Assembly (NCBI GenBank): GCA_963759645.1
Contig: CAVXAI010000019.1
Span: forward strand, 6,717-70,716
Length of the DNA: 64,000 nt
Direction: 5' to 3'
Source: an uncultured Acidimicrobiales bacterium
GTDB taxonomy: Bacteria; Actinomycetota; Acidimicrobiia; Acidimicrobiales; DATKAS01
Shown: positions 63,162-64,000 of the stretch, one piece after another
Position numbering within the stretch: position 1 is the first letter of the stretch
How the letters are laid out: each line of letters starts with the position of its first letter
The notes under the pieces: generated by a model
The model's database searches: none
The model's input: the letters and a program-made list of their open reading frames with translations, nothing else
Told to the model about the DNA's origin: nothing
Position numbers and translations under genes: made by a program

Positions 63162-63737
63162 TCACTCGCAGGTGATGCGGCCGGCCAACGTCGAGGAAAG
63201 CGACCCATCGCTCGCCGGCGCGACCGTGTTCGTGCCGGTGCCGGTGGCGTGCACGAGGTCGCCGGTGCCGAATCCTTCGGCGATGGTCCAGGTGCTCGTG
63301 GTCGTCCCGGTCGTCGAACCGAGACCGGTGCTCAAGAAGACGAGCGTCCCGGTGCCGCATCCGGCGACGGTGCCACTGAAGATCAGAGTGTCGCTCGCCG
63401 CGAAATCGGTGCCAACCAGCGTGCCAGCGCTGTGAGAGATCGTCGTTCCCGTGAGATCGCCCGAAAGCGTCGCCGTGATCGTGAGGGGATACATGCAGTG
63501 CTGTTCCGCGTCGCAGATCGGGTCCCCGACCGTGGTCGCGCCGGCGGTGGAGGAGGCGTTGACTTCTTCGCCCGGCGGTTCCGTCGTCGTCGAGGCCACA
63601 GTCGACACCGTGCTCGACGAGGCAGCGGTCGCCGACGCGGCCCCGGAGGTCGACGCGCTCGTCGTGTCGTCGTCCGAACCACACGACGAGACAACGACGA
63701 TGATCGCAAGCAGACCAATGAGGTGGGTTCGGCGCAT
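63162..63737 (-). CDS. Secreted Ser/Thr-rich lipoprotein with DUF3224-like beta-barrel
   Basis: GGAGG RBS; lipobox VSSC; FSGTVAGCGTG...WTIAEGFGTGDL...GTG. Confidence 0.7.
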   Translation of the reverse strand: MRRTHLIGLLAIIVVVSSCGSDDDTTSASTSGAASATAASSSTVSTVASTTTEPPGEEVNASSTAGATTVGDPICDAEQHCMYPLTITATLSGDLTGTTISHSAGTLVGTDFAASDTLIFSGTVAGCGTGTLVFLSTGLGSTTGTTTSTWTIAEGFGTGDLVHATGTGTNTVAPASDGSLSSTLAGRITCE

Positions 63738-63857
63738 GAAGACATGCCTCCCAGCTGTCGAGCGACGACTTGAGTGTCGAACAGCGCGGTCGCAGATCGA
63801 CCGCAAATCGACCGCACGCCTCGGCTACCGGATGCGGGTCCTTGGTACCCTCCCGCT

Positions 63858-64000
63858 GTGCTCGTGCGGGTGCTGGGGCCGCTCCGAGTCGATTCCGACA
63901 GCGGCACTCCCATCTCGGTCTCTCGGCCGATGGAACGCCGGGTGCTCGCGGCGCTCGCTGCCAGCAAGCCGGACTCGATCTCGACGAGCTCGCTCGTCGA
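63858..64000 (+). CDS. AfsR/SARP family regulator, N-terminal fragment (runs off window)
   Basis: VRVLGPLRV...ERRVLAALA...ISTSSLV. Confidence 0.72.
   Translation, partial: MLVRVLGPLRVDSDSGTPISVSRPMERRVLAALAASKPDSISTSSLV

Overview
High-GC actinobacterial chromosome segment. F420-dependent enzyme families, acidic ACGDD-type lipoproteins and fused LivHMG transporters suggest Acidimicrobiia (inference). About 20 genes are split by single-base indels yet are otherwise intact; these are most likely long-read consensus errors, so they are reported as joined CDSs. In order, the window holds: (1) ArsR/WYL/VOC small-gene cluster, a benzaldehyde-lyase-like ThDP enzyme, bacterioferritin-like protein and a CYP199-like P450; (2) a DosR/DosS-like hypoxia module with candidate operator boxes; (3) a CarH/LitR-like B12 photoreceptor divergent from a fasciclin gene; (4) a GT4-GT4-(alpha/alpha)6-GH130 glycan module with two GAF-ANTAR proteins and a STAS protein; (5) a signal-peptide-less zinc metalloprotease with two PLAT domains; (6) a coupled operon of BCCP, biotin carboxylase, atypical carboxyltransferase, phospho-His swivel protein lacking an ATP-binding domain, and SDR, followed by a CoA ligase, a Liv-type ABC importer, DUF3556 and an FAD oxidoreductase; (7) a 159-nt tandem-repeat protein, a Crp regulator and an orphan tRNA 3' half; (8) a second Liv-type ABC system, a MetE-II-like enzyme, a D-aminoacylase and PadR. 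The best candidate for an undescribed system is (6). No CRISPR array, rRNA, complete tRNA, integrase or transposase was seen. All family calls come from motif recognition by eye, not database searches.
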